A stretch of DNA of 64,000 nucleotides. Origin: Negaprion brevirostris (Eukaryota). This document shows, piece by piece, positions 1 to 12,419 of this stretch; the first letter of the stretch is position 1, and every line of letters begins with the position of its first letter. Made by a program: the position numbers and the translations under genes. The notes beneath the pieces were generated by a model. The model was not told the origin of the DNA, searched no databases, and saw only the letters and a program-made list of their open reading frames with translations. Location: the NCBI GenBank assembly GCA_030324005.1, contig JARDVH010000193.1:70412453-70476452 (forward strand), in the 5' to 3' direction.

Positions 1-1068
1 TCACGATCTCTCAAGATCTGATGGTAAATTATATAGGTACATCATAAGTTGACTTTTACTCTATTTTGACCGTCATAGATAGTCATAGACGTGGAATATG
101 TCATCCATTTTTACATACTCACTCTTCACTACCACTCCAGAACACCCCCACTGTACCCCATTTCGCCCTGTCACTCTCATCAAACCCACCTCAAAGTTTC
201 CAAGACAAACTGAATCTTTAATTCATTCATCTTTAATTGCCTGTCTTGGAAGAAATTNNNNNNNNNNNNNNNNNNNNNNNNNNNNNNNNNGTCATTTTTT
301 CAATGTTTTCGAACACGTGTGGGAGTAATTGAGACTACCTTCAACATAAATTTATCTCAGTTTTGTCCCCTCAAGAGGGAAAAAGATGCAGCTGCCTCCA
401 AAAACAGCCAACAGGTACCTCAGCTTGCTGGTCACTCAGTTCTGTGATTATTCCCTGTCCATCTTGTAGCCTAGCTGTTGGTTTAATCAGTGTCCTATGT
501 TACCAGTTATCAGGTATAATTTTCCATCATCAGGTAAAAACTATGACCCTGCATTGTCTTGTACCCTGAAAAAGAAAATCTTCAAATCAACCATTTTGGA
601 GGATCTGACATCTGCAGGATTCAGCATTGCCTTCTTCCACTCTGCTATTCCCAATGCGATTCAACTCCTGATCCTGGCTGACAACTAATCAATGTCAACT
701 ATCTTGGCTGTAATTAGGGCACCAGTTCTGTTGACATAACCCAGCCAGATGTCTAGATTCTGCAGAGGTCAAGGTTATACCAGACAACTGATTGTCTGGC
801 CGCATTCCAGATATTTAAAATTAATTGCAGTTGTTATTTATATACATCGCATACTTAATTCAACAGTTTGCCAAATATATACCAAGATTCCAGATTCATA
901 AATTTTCTATGCTATCCCTTATCAAGTACCTAATTTGTCACAAAAGACTCTTCTGACCCAGTGCTGGGACATAATGAGAATCCTCCCCTTTATGGACTGT
1001 GATAGAGAGCTTTAGACATTGACCCTGTTATAATTGTGGAGTGATCCCTTTCTGTGTTCCACTATTCT

Positions 1069-1797
1069 ATGAGTGCCAATCCAACAATGCTCAAGAAGTT
1101 TGACACCATCAAGGACAAAGCAGCTTGTTTGATTGGCACCTTATCCACAAACGTTGACTGTTTGCAACACTAACTCAGTGGCAACAACGTGTATCATCTA
1201 CAAGATGAACTATAGCTCCTTAGACAGCGCTTTCTAAAAACACGACCACTACCATCCAGAATGGCAGCAGATACCTGGGAACACCACCACCTGGAATATT
1301 CCTTTCCAAGTTGCTCACCATCCTGACTTGGAAATATGTCATGATGTGGAGGTGCTGGCATTGGACTGGAGTAAGCACAGTCAGAAGTTTCACAATGCCA
1401 GGTTAAAGTCCAACAGCTTTATTTGGCAGCACAAGCTTTTACAGCACTGCTCCTTCATCAGGTGAGTGAAGTCTTATGTTCATGAACAGGGCATATACAG
1501 ACACAAACTGAATTTGCAAGATAATGTTTGGAATGCAAGTCTTTATAGGTACTCAAGTCTTAAAGGTACAGACAATGTGAGTGGAGAGAGGGCCAAGCAC
1601 AAGTTAAAGAGGTGCGTATTATCTCCAAATAAACCTGTTGCTCTTTAACCTGGTGTTATAAGGCTTCTTGCTTGGAAATAATATAACACCATTCCTTCAA
1701 TGTCACTGGGTCAAAATCTTGGAACTCTTGCCCTAATAGCATTGTGGGTGTACCTATGCCACATGGATTGCAGCAATTCAAGAAGGCAGCTAACTGT
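1069..1797 (+). mobile_element. 3' part of a CR1/L2-group LINE, split by a Penelope insertion (1341-1670)
   Basis: Degenerate ORF2 C-terminus (PTMLKKFDTIKDKAA-like) plus 3' region. Related segments occur at 3860-3900 and 39595-39640. The sequence resumes after the insert with a duplicated cttggaaata (1327-1336 and 1671-1680). Confidence 0.75.
1341..1670 (-). mobile_element. Penelope-like element remnant with inverted terminal arms and a degenerate hammerhead motif
   Basis: The arm ccaggttaaagtccaacagctttatttgg is inverted against ccaaataaacctgttgctctttaacctgg. It is homologous to 18947-19476, which carries GIY-YIG C-terminal codons. Flanked by a 10-bp duplication, cttggaaata. Confidence 0.8.
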
Positions 1798-2064
1798 TAG
1801 GCTCTACAAAAAACTCAACACAAGNNNNNNNNNNTGATTGGCCTCCTTTTGCATTATAGCAGGCCCAATCAGCCCCAGGTGTCATTGCCGACCTGGCCCA
1901 AATATGGATGAAAGATCTGAATTCCAGAGGCAAAGTGAGTTACAGCTTTTGTCCCTGTGTGGGATCAGGGAGCCAATGAAGGGAATAGCAATCAGGGCTC
2001 CAGTGTTTGAATTCATGGATAACACAAATAAAGATGGCTGTCGTTGTCATATGCCAAACATCTT

Positions 2065-3051
2065 GGGGGCAATTCTCCCAGCCCACTGCACTACTCTAGT
2101 AGCATGACAGGCTGGGAGGTATCAGCAGAGGGTATTTACCAGGCTCCCCACTGGGCACCATGGTCTCCGCATGTCTCCAGGCCAAAGATTTTTGAAGTCA
2201 TCAGCTCCGCACCAGAAATCAATGCAGAATGTGATTACAATATTTAAATTGAATTTTCAACTAATTATCGGGCTCAGGACTGAAGTCTCCAGGTCCGTTA
2301 GTGCCATCAGGAATGGTTCTTCCAGGGGAGTTTATAACTTCTCCCCACTAGTGGGGCGAGAGGCCCAACCCCACTGGAGGGAACAGAGGCCATGGAGGCC
2401 CCTCCAGGAAGTCAGAGGTAAGGGGTAGGTGCCCCCTGGGCATTGCCAGCCTGTCAGTGCCAGCCTGGCTCCCTGCCACTGCCCAAGGGGCAAACAGGTA
2501 ATGACCAAGGGACACCTGTTCATCAGGCATTGGGCAGTGCCAAGTGGGCAGGTCATATTTGGGATGGTGTCTATTGTGGAAGGACCTATTGCGGCNNNNN
2601 NNNNNNNNNNNNNNNNNNNNNNNNNNNNNNNNNNNNNNNNNNNNNNNNNNNNNNNNNNNNNNNNNNNNNNNNNNNNNNNNNNNNNNNNNNNNNNNAGGCT
2701 TGCAATCAGGGGGTGGGGCTGTCACAAGGACAGCAAGGGGGCTTGTGGGGCTGGCCAATGGCCGAGCTGGCCAGTGATTGAGAGGCCAGCAGTGCAGGGC
2801 CACTGCACACGCGCTGAACGCTGTTTGACAGATTGGCATGTGCTCAGTGGCCTGCTCAGTGCTATGCTGCCGGCCTCTTGGTGGGGGAACAAGCCCCACC
2901 TGCTGATCTTCAGGGTGAACCCTGCTAGGGCACTCTGTGATGCACAGAGTGTCGGAGCTTTATTGCGAAAATCCTGTTAAAAAATCGGCAGGAGTTACTC
3001 TAGTTTGCATGTGAATTCAGCACTTAGAATTTTTTTGGGAGAATCACCCCC
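2065..3051. mobile_element. GC-rich non-autonomous DNA transposon (PIF/Harbinger-type MITE)
   Basis: TIRs gggggcaattctccca ... tgggagaatcaccccc. Internal ggcactgccca/tgggcagtgcc motifs and the aattcagcactt..gggagaat end are shared with 52708-54402 and 57603-58589. Confidence 0.75.
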
Positions 3052-3114
3052 CCCTCCCCATCTCTCAAACTTTGCTACAGGAGTTCCTCAAGATAATGTC
3101 TCAATCCTAACTAT

Positions 3115-3900
3115 CCAGAACTTCTTTCCTTCCAATATAAAGTCAGAGTGGGAATGTCTATTGATCATTGCAGTGTTCAGTACCATTCCCAACTCCTGAG
3201 GTGATTCGTAATTCCATGCCCACATGCAGTGATACATGAACAAGATTCAGGTTTGAGCTGATAAATGGCAAGTAATGCTTTTAATACACAGATGCCAGAT
3301 AATGACCATCTCTGGCAACAGAGAATCTATCCATCTCACCTTGACATTCAATGCCACCAACACCATTGAATCCCCCAACATCAATATCCTGGGGGACATT
3401 ANNNNNNNNNNNNNNNNNNNNNNNNNNNNNNNNNNNNNNNNNNNNNNNNNNNNNNNNNNNNNNNNNNNNNNNNNNNNNNNNNNNNNNNNNNNNNNNNNNN
3501 NNNNNNNNNNNNNNNNNNNNNNNNNNNNNNNGGCCAATGCACCTAACCGGCACATCTTTTGGACTGTGGGAGGAAACTGGAGCATCCGGAGGAAACCCAT
3601 GCAGACACAAGGAGAACGTGCAGACTCCGCACAGACAGTCACCAAGATGGGAATTGAACCTGGGTCTATGGTGATGTGAGGCAGCAGTGCTAACCATTGT
3701 GCCACCGTGCCACCATCAAAACTTAACTGTTCCAGCCACATATAAGCCATGCTATAAAACCTGATCAAAATATTCTCATAAATATTCCCATCTCCTGCCT
3801 TCAAAACCTGCTCACCCTCGAGAAAGAGCAAGGTAAGGGTGTGGTGGTATAGTTTTCATTTGCCTGGATGAGAACACTCCAACAACACTCAGGAAGCTAT
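3115..3900 (+). mobile_element. CR1/L2-group LINE RT fragment, interrupted by a SINE and a gap
   Basis: Degenerate RT C-terminal motifs (IQV*ADKWQV; MTISGNRES; ESPNINILG). Same family as 38430-39656. Confidence 0.7.
3532..3714 (-). mobile_element. HE1/V-SINE-type tRNA-derived SINE
   Basis: Reverse complement reads ggtggcacggtggcacaatggttagcactgctgcctcac...gggttcaattccc (A and B boxes), then the V-domain gggtttcctccggatgctccagtttcctcccacagtcc. Confidence 0.9.
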
Positions 3901-4599
3901 AAACAATTAAATTAATCATTCTAGATTTGTAAATAAGGTCAGAACCATATTTAATTTCCCATACAAAAGATATTCTGTACCTTGCATGGAATTAGCAGCT
4001 TTGACCGTTGCACTATTAGTTCATGACTTTTAAACTGCTTGTGGACAAGAAGTGTATGTGAATCATGATCAGCCAGTTTTCCTTTAATCAGGTGAGTAAA
4101 ATCCTATAGAACCAACTCTCGGATGAAAGACTGAGCAAATCCACATTTCTCATTGTCATTCATTGAGACAGTTTTGCTCTATTTTAATAATGTGTGCTTT
4201 AGAGGCAGAACACTTCTCCCCATTTCATTAGCAAAGAGAACTTTCCTAGTTTTGAAACTTGGAAACTCCTTACTGCAAAGCAAGTTATTGAAGTATCAAA
4301 GTAAGGCAAATCCTCCAGGAATCATGCTCATAGAGAATGTGGAACACATTAGCAGCTTCTGCAGATGTTCACAATGAATGCAAATAATTAAAGTTATGAA
4401 TGTGAGCACCATACCCTTGTAAATATTAGCTGGTCTCCCACGATGCTGCTCAGAGTGAATCAGTAGACTGAAGTGCTGCAGGGAGCAAGTATAGTACAGG
4501 AAGTATACAGTATGCACAATGCTATTTCCTGTTTCAGTCTTCATAGAGTATTAAAATTCTTGGATGTAAAATTAGGAAATAGGTGGAGATGCAACTGCA

Positions 4600-5330
4600 A
4601 AATATGAAACATTGGGGTTATTTTCATTATAACAGAGAAGATGATTGAGCAACATGATGGAGATATTTGAAGAATTGCTTCATTGCAGGTAGAAACAAAT
4701 TGTTTCTGATAGTTGATTCGTCTAATAGAAGGGAATATCGGTAAGAATTAGTATGACAGATTTAGTACGGAGATGATAATTTCTTTCTCTCAGAGGGTTG
4801 TGCAATTATGGANNNNNNNNNNAGCAAAATAAAGGGTTTCCATTTTATAGAGCAAGAATTTCTTTTCACTGAGGGTTGTCTAATTTGGGAACACTTTGCT
4901 TCAGAAGGCAGTGGAGGTGGGGGGGGGGGTGGTCATTGAATATTTTTAAGGTGGTTGCATATAGATCCTTGCTAGACAAGGGAATCAAAGCTTACTGGGA
5001 GGAGGTAGATGGGAATGTGGAACTTGAAACTAAGACAAGCGAGCTGTGATCTTATTGAATGATGGAGTAGGCTGGAGGGGCCAAATGGCCTATTTCTGCT
5101 CCTATTTTGTTTGTATTATAAAAAGGGGGTGATGTTTCTTTCACAAATGTTTGTGAGACTTTGGAATGCACAATGAGTTGGTAATAATAGCAATGTCAAG
5201 ATTTTAAAAATAGGTTAGCTAGATCGGTGAAGGAAAGTGATATGGAAAAAGGATGGGCAAGTACTACTGGCTGAATGAAGGATGAACAACAGCATGGAAT
5301 GGGCAGACTATTTTCATTGCTTTGTAATCC
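4600..5330 (+). mobile_element. Degenerate CR1 LINE 3' fragments (several pieces)
   Basis: CR1 C-terminal codons (FFSQRVVQLW-like) and a typical 3' end, gggccaaatggcctatttctgctcct. Confidence 0.65.
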
Positions 5331-5332
5331 TA

Positions 5333-5460
5333 TGGGTGGCATCTTACAGTCCCTCCTGCTGATGGGATTTTATAGTCCTGCCAAAGTCAATGAATGTTTG
5401 AAGGATTCATTGCATTTTCCCGCCCAAACCCTCTGCGATGGTGCCTTAAAATTCTGCCCA
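5333..5460. mobile_element. Short Harbinger-type MITE
   Basis: Imperfect TIRs gggtggcatcttac ... ttaaaattctgccc. Similar size and style to 9711-9838 and 24241-24341. Confidence 0.5.
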
Positions 5461-5692
5461 ATGTTCCTGATATTAAAGGGATAAATGTCTCCTATTGACA
5501 TATGATGCACATGGCCTGGTTATTTTGTTGTAACTTATTTGAAATTATATCATGGGAATCAGTGATGAGCATTTTTTATTCTTTATTACCTGCTATTAAG
5601 AAGCAAGACATTGCTATTGATCAGTACACTGTAAAAACCCTCACTTTGTAATTAAACCTACATCCAGCTTCATTGCCACCTAAAAATCAAGG

Positions 5693-5897
5693 CTTCCTCT
5701 GGGTGCTTCGGATTCCTCCCACACTCAAAAGATGTGTGGGTTAGGTTGATTGGCCATGCTGCATTGGCCCTTAATGTCAGGAGGACGAGCAGGGTAAATA
5801 CATCGGGTTATAGGGATAGGGCCTGGGCAAGATTGTGGGTGTTGCAGGCTCAATGGGCTGAATTGTCTCCTTCTGTACCGTAGGAATTCTATGATTC
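5693..5897 (+). mobile_element. 5'-truncated HE1-type SINE with a CR1-like tail
   Basis: V-domain plus the tail gggctgaattgtctccttctgtaccgtaggaattctatgattc. Confidence 0.85.
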
Positions 5898-7805
5898 TTC
5901 CAAAAATTAACCACTGTTCAGATATTCCAAATAATTGCATCAACATAACCTTTTAGTGCAACATTCCCTCAGAATAAAACCCATCTGATTTGCCATAGTT
6001 ATTGACACCTGGTAGAAATGATTTGGCTGAAGCAGATTATTATAACCTCCTGGCTATCTGCAGTCAAATAGGTTTTCATACAATGATTTGATTTCTTTCC
6101 CTATTTCTTCCTGCTACTAATACTTTGAGGTTTTAAAACCATCCCCCCATTTCCTTTTTCTCTGGCAATCTTTATGAAATCCAATTTCTGCAGCTTGTTC
6201 TTGCTATTGGGCGTGGTGAAAAACACAATCTTAAGTAATTGATGCCGTCAGATAAGAAATTATTTCAATTCGAAAGAGTCAAGAAACATTTAATTTTGCT
6301 GACTTGCACCATACATTTATCTCCTGATACAGCTTTATTGCCAGATACAATCCTTATTGCTTAATAACAACACTGGAATATAAATATACTCAGTTCAGTT
6401 TACACAAGATTTGTATTCTGTTAATTGTAGTACTGATGAAATATGATGTTATCAGTAGTTGTGATTTTTTTCTCACCATCTCTCTAAGTAAATACTGAAC
6501 ATATTCCTGAAAAATAAAACATAATTTAATTCTGATATTTCACATTGAATTTTCTATTCAATATGTTACACAAATTTGAAAAATAGGTATAATTCAAATG
6601 TAAATACACTTTTTACTTATTTTACATTAATATTTTAAGCTTCAGTTTGTCATTAAATATACGGAGTTTAAAAGTTGTAAAGTGTAAATTGCATGCAAGT
6701 CCATTATGTGCTTCCAACTTTATTCCAAAATGCAGCATTAATTTAGTGACATAATCCAGCTAACATTGGATGCTGTTTCTATTGTGTCAAACTATTTTCA
6801 TAGTAACATTTAGAAACAAATTTATTAGATCAATGAAGAGGCTAATGAATGAGGATCAACTATATCTCAAAGCTCTCTTTTCACAATGTACAACCATCTT
6901 TAGCATTCAACACAGTGAAAGAGTGACAGCATTTGCATGGGTTAATCAAGGTGAATAATTTACTGCAGAATTTCTCAAAGTCCAGAGGGAGGTACATACT
7001 GAAATTTATTAAATAAAATTAGACATTGCTTCACAGATTTTTCAGAACCTTCTAAGATTTGTAATGAGAAGAAACTTTTTAAAAATGTCAGCAGATTTTA
7101 CGTGATTGGTCACTTAATGTTCTATTTTTATTTTCCCATGTATGTAGTTCCTTAATTTTGCTACAAAATTGTGCGATCCAGATTGTTGACATAGCTTCAA
7201 AGATACGGCCAGTAATAGTCCTTAGTCAACCCATCAGGATCTGTGATTGGAATTAATGTCCTGTCCCACCACAGGACCACCCATAGATGATTAACTGATA
7301 CTTAATCTTCAGTGAGAGCCAGAACAAAAAAGATCAGTTTGTTTTGGCCTAGGGATGTCTTAGCTGGGAGTCCTCTATTTTTCCTACTCGGCCTCACCTG
7401 TCACATTTGTATTTTTTGTTACGGTTTATGTCTGGATGCATTTTAAATTTCCAATCCATTTCCTGTTAGGCATGACAGATTTTCTGATCACCTGAAAGGT
7501 GAAATGCTGAATACCGTAGACCTCGCCTATGCCCTATCCGACAGATTTCCTCTTTAATCTGTTGGCGCAGTATAACACGGTGGATAAATGTTCAGCTGCT
7601 CTCCTGGCTGGGGAAAAGCATCGCACACAAACACCTGTAGCTGAAGAAAATTAAGGATAACAAGCGGAAAATCAATACAAGATTGTCCGGTTTTGTGGAA
7701 TTCAGCGAACTTCATTTTCTTTTTATCGCCATTGCTCATACCTCATGCACAAAAGATTGCTGCTATGCCTGGGCTTGCCATGTTTTGTGCTTTGCAGCAA
7801 CTTAC

Positions 7806-7865
7806 CCTGTTTAATGATCTTTGAGTCTCTCTGCTCTTGTGGTGTCCTTTCCTGAGAGATGAGGG
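7806..7865 (-). other. Candidate 60-nt internal (cassette) exon of an unidentified minus-strand gene
   Basis: Minus strand reads tccttccttctgtctccatcccccacag | 60 nt | gtaagt. Length is divisible by 3 and two frames are open. TGCATG lies about 55 nt into the downstream intron. The surroundings are repeat-free. Confidence 0.5.
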
Positions 7866-9710
7866 CTGTGGGGGGATGGAGACAGAAGGAAGGACTTCAA
7901 AGCAGGTGCAGGTAATTAATAGCTGAGGGGAACATAATCTAAACCACTGGCTTTGCTTTCACACCCAGGCCTATTTGCAGATCCAGCCGGCAAGGGACCT
8001 GAATTCCCTGAAGCACCCCATGCCTGTTTCCTCTGAACAACCTCACTGGGCCTCCAGTTATCACATCTGCATTTCAAAACACCCTATCTCTGGTATTAAT
8101 TATTAATTAGCCTACAGTCACTCATGAGGATTTGATCTCTAGACTGCATTGACCTCCACTGCACTCTGCACGGGGAGGAGCTGAGTGGAACATATGTCGT
8201 GTTCTTTGCCTTTCTCGGCACCTCTGCACCATAATTAAAATTTGCAAGACTTTAATAACAAGATTTTTATTGTAAACTATCATTTGAAGATTCGAAAATA
8301 TATAATATGATTTGTCTGAGACATCGGGAGTGATAAAAGACCCTGTGCACAGTTTTGGATCAATTCTGGTTTAAAGCATTATTGCTACGGGCGACCATGA
8401 CTTTCTTTGTATATTTAAAACAATAACCTCTGTTTCTTGGCATATGGGTGGAAATAGTGCATGTTCAAGCATTGTTCTGGAAATATCATATCAACTTAAT
8501 GCCAGGTTCAGTAGGCTTGCCTCTCATTCATATTTCTTTGTACTGAACTTTCCAATTTCCAAGTGTGTGCCCAAAGGCTGTGTTATCTTCCCTGGCGCAA
8601 TGCATTCCTTAGCTGGACTGTTAATGGTTTTGCAGCCTGATGGGGGTCCATTCCCTCACAGTGTGATCTGCTCGAGGCATCCCCTTTTCATTACCAGCTT
8701 CAGATGGAATAACGGACACGGTTGAGTAAAAATAAAACAACCCATTAAATAGAAACAGGTTAATAGTCAGCGCAACAGGCCCACGTGCCATGCCAGAACT
8801 ACCCACGGCCAAACCTGACTTGTTGTAATAGCCCTTCACTTTGCCCAGGTTTCCAGCAGGATTTAAGTCAAAGGTCTTGACTAAGGCTGTGAAAACATCA
8901 CCTCAACCCAGAGAAACAACACTTTCACAGAGTTACCAATGTTCTTCTGTTGCAGCTACATGATGGAGATGGTAAAAGAGCTGATGTCAGGCTTGAAAAG
9001 AACAGTAGAAAAGAAAACAAGAGCAAAGGCTGCATTAGTAGTTATATGTTAGGCTGCATTGGAAGCTGAAGAATGTTCCAGTATTAAGTTTGTAGGTCAA
9101 GTAGTTGCATACTGTAAAGACTCTGGATTATGTTTAATGTTTAAATTCATGTTCCCATTAGTTTATACTTTCATAGAATAATATAGGCCCTGGTGATAAT
9201 GACATGTGGGAAGGTTGTGGCAGAGGAAAGGGGGAGATTTAACAAGTGGGAAAGCAGGAAGGGGGGTTGTTTACTAGAGGTCCTGCCTAATTTAATTGCA
9301 GGAGTTGCCTGAAAAAAAGGAATTCTTTGCTTCCTGTCGAAGATTGAGAGATATGCTTACTGCTGGGGAGCTGGGATCATTTTAGACCTGTGATTCCAGT
9401 CTGAAGTTGGAGATTAGACATTGGGAGGGGAACACACTTTGGGAGGGAAGTGGACATTGTCAAGTATTTTATTTGCCTTGGAGATATGCAGAGGTGACAC
9501 ACCAGCTTTTATGTGTGACACAGGAATTTATTTCTAAGAGTTTTATTGAATCCTTTTCAAATGTGCGCTCCATGCTTCCAGCAACTGCTTCAGCTTAGAT
9601 AATTTTTCTCCGAGTGACTACACTCAGACTTAACTAATCATACACAATGAACATCAATGCTAAATTGACTCATATAATCAAACACGGAACAATTAAATAA
9701 TTGAACACAC

Positions 9711-9838
9711 AGCTGGAAATTTACTCTCCCATCCACCATGGGAATCGGAGCAGGCGAGGGGTGGACCATGGAAAGGTATGTTGATCTCTGTTGGGATTTT
9801 ATGGTTTCGGAATGAAGAGGCTGCAAAAATCCTGCCCA
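9711..9838. mobile_element. Short Harbinger-type MITE
   Basis: Degenerate TIRs agctggaaattta ... caaaaatcctgccc around a GC-richer core in an AT-rich context. Confidence 0.45.
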
Positions 9839-10387
9839 AAATCTTCTCTTCCTGGTAAAAATAAACAGCATATTCTAAATCAAACCATTGTGTACAATAA
9901 ACATACATGCACTGAGTCTTTTTTTGAAGATCACTTTGCCTTGTTTTCTCCAAGTCTTTGAGATATAAAATTTTCTGATGAATTTTGAGCTTGTGGTTGT
10001 CCATGGTCAACTTGAAGAGGTGGATGATCACTATCACAGTTGATCATCGGAGAAGGAAATCTATTTTCCTAATACTGTCCATAGGTATCCTGGTCTTTTT
10101 GCTATCAAACATCTCATGTTCTATTTTGTGTTGCCATCTAATAGATATGTGCTAGCATTGAGTTTGACTGCTTTGTACTTGAGGGAGATGTTGTGAGATT
10201 GTGGTCATAATTCAATTGTTTGATGTGAACTCAATTTCCAAACTCAAATCGTGGTTTCCATATGTGTGTTCACTTATTTAAATTTCTTTTGCTTCTCTTT
10301 GTCATCTTACAATTTCTTCTGCTTTCACTCTGGCATTCTCGTTGGATGGTGGTGAGCTTCAAGACTGGTCAGCAACACGTGAAAGTT

Positions 10388-12082
10388 AGAACATAAGAAC
10401 ATAAGAAATAGGAGCAGGAGTAGGCCATCCAGCCCTTCGAGCCTGCCCCGCCATTCAATNNNNNNNNNNNNNNNNNNNNNNNNNNNNNNNNNNNNNNNNN
10501 NNNNNNNNNNNNNNNNNNNNNNNNNNNNNNNNNNNNNNNNNNNNNNNNNNNNNNNNNNNNNNNNNNNNNNNNNNNNNNNNNNNNNNNNNNNNNNNNNNNN
10601 NNNNNNNNNNNNNNNNNNNNNNNNNNNNNNNNNNNNNNNNNNNNNNNNNNNNNNNNNNNNNNNNNNNNNNNNNNNNNNNNNNNNNNNNNNNNNNNNNNNN
10701 NNNNNNNNNNNNNNNNNNNNNNNNNNNNNNNNNNNNNNNNNNNNNNNNNNNNNNNNNNNNNNNNNNNNNNNNNNNNNNNNNNNNNNNNNNNNNNNNNNNN
10801 NNNNNNNNNNNNNNNNNNNNNNNNNNNNNNNNNNNNNNNNNNNNNNNNNNNNNNNNNNNNNNNNNNNNNNNNNNNNNNNNNNNNNNNNNNNNNNNNNNNN
10901 NNNNNNNNNNNNNNNNNNNNNNNNNNNNNNNNNNNNNNNNNNNNNNNNNNNNNNNNNNNNNNNNNNNNNNNNNNNNNNNNNNNNNNNNNNNNNNNNNNNN
11001 NNNNNNNNNNNNNNNNNNNNNNNNNNNNNNNNNNNNNNNNNNNNNNNNNNNNNNNNNNNNNNNNNNNNNNNNNNNNNNNNNNNNNNNNNNNNNNNNNNNN
11101 NNNNNNNNNNNNNNNNNNNNNNNNNNNNNNNNNNNNNNNNNNNNNNNNNNNNNNNNNNNNNNNNNNNNNNNNNNNNNNNNNNNNNNNNNNNNNNNNNNNN
11201 NNNNNNNNNNNNNNNNNNNNNNNNNNNNNNNNNNNNNNNNNNNNNNNNNNNNNNNNNNNNNNNNNNNNNNNNNNNNNNNNNNNNNNNNNNNNNNNNNNNN
11301 NNNNNNNNNNNNNNNNNNNNNNNNNNNNNNNNNNNNNNNNNNNNNNNNNNNNNNNNNNNNNNNNNNNNNNNNNNNNNNNNNNNNNNNNNNNNNNNNNNNN
11401 NNNNNNNNNNNNNNNNNNNNNNNNNNNNNNNNNCTCAGCAGACCTACCTTCCAACGCGCTCCCCCAGTCAACATCCGCCAATTCCTCTCTCATCCTATCG
11501 TACTCCCCTCTGTTCAAACAAAGAACACCCAGGTCTCATTGCACATTCCCTTCTCTTAATTTATATCCATTCAGACAATAATCTGCCTTCCTGTTCTTGT
11601 TACCACAGTGGATAACCTCGCACTTATTCACATTTTACTACATCTGCCCACTCATTCGACTTGTCCAAATCACATTGAATCATTTCTGCATCCTCCTCAC
11701 AGCTCACCCTCCCACTCAACTTTGTGTCATCTGCAAATATGGATATATTGTATTTCGTTCCCTCATCTAATCAGTAACATACATTGTGAATAGCTGGAGT
11801 CCTGAGTCCCCGCACCTACCCCTGCCGTATCCACTTGTGCCATTCAGAAAAATACCTGTTAATTCCTACTCTGTTTCCTGTCTGCCAACCAGTTTTTTAT
11901 CCATCTTAGTACATTACCCCATCCGCTCTGCTCCGTGCCCCCCCCCATTCCATTTGCTTAACTTTTACACAGTAATGTCTTCTGTGGGACTTTGTCAAAA
12001 GCCTTCTCAAAGTCCAAGTAAACCACGTCCACTGGCTCCTTTCATCAACTCTACTAGCTGCATCCTCAAAGAGTTCCACAGA
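10388..12082 (-). mobile_element. CR1 LINE fragments (3' end, assembly gap, ORF2 pieces)
   Basis: The (agaacata)n tail with ggagcaggagtaggcc marks a CR1 3' end. ORF2 linker NRGEYDRMREELADVDW, then RT motifs on the minus strand (LDF*EGF*QSP, a decayed LDFxKAFDKVP; SIFADDTK). Confidence 0.85.
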
Positions 12083-12094
12083 ATCATCTTATCT

Positions 12095-12416
12095 TTACAA
12101 TAAGAAGGAGGCCATTTAGCCAACTGAGTCTGCAGTGACTTTCCAAACCCAACCTCTGCCCTAACCCTGTAACACTGCACATTTACCATAGCTAATCCAC
12201 CCAACTGACAGATCTTTGTGTATTAAGGAGCAATTTAGCATGTCCAATCAACCTATCGTGCACATCTTTGGAGTGTGGAAGTATGGGAGGTGAAGCACCC
12301 AAAGGAAACCCATGCAGACACAGGGAGAATGTGCAAACTCTATTCTGTCACCTGAGGCCAGAATTGGCCCCTGGTGCTGTGAGGCAGCAGGGCTAACCAC
12401 TGTGCCACCATGCCAT
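12095..12416 (-). mobile_element. HE1-type SINE
   Basis: tRNA-like head (rc ggcatggtggcacagtggttagccctgctgcctcacagc), V-domain and CR1-like tail. Confidence 0.85.
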
Positions 12417-12419
12417 CCA

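Noticed and set aside
2348-2980. GC-rich overlapping ORFs (also at 52944-54284 and 57806-58526) suggesting a CpG island or gene
   Set aside because: They lie inside non-autonomous TIR elements, and high GC content alone explains the open frames.
7470-7557. Plus-strand terminal-exon-like frame (HDRFSDHLKGEMLNTVDLAYALSDRFPL*)
   Set aside because: Short, no recognisable homology, and opposite in strand to the better-supported exon candidate nearby.
10369-11517. Long ORFs of 200-450 aa (also near 19.5-21, 27.8-29, 39.4-40.4, 47 and 59-60 kb)
   Set aside because: Their length comes from runs of N. The real parts are CR1 fragments, low-complexity DNA or short chance frames.
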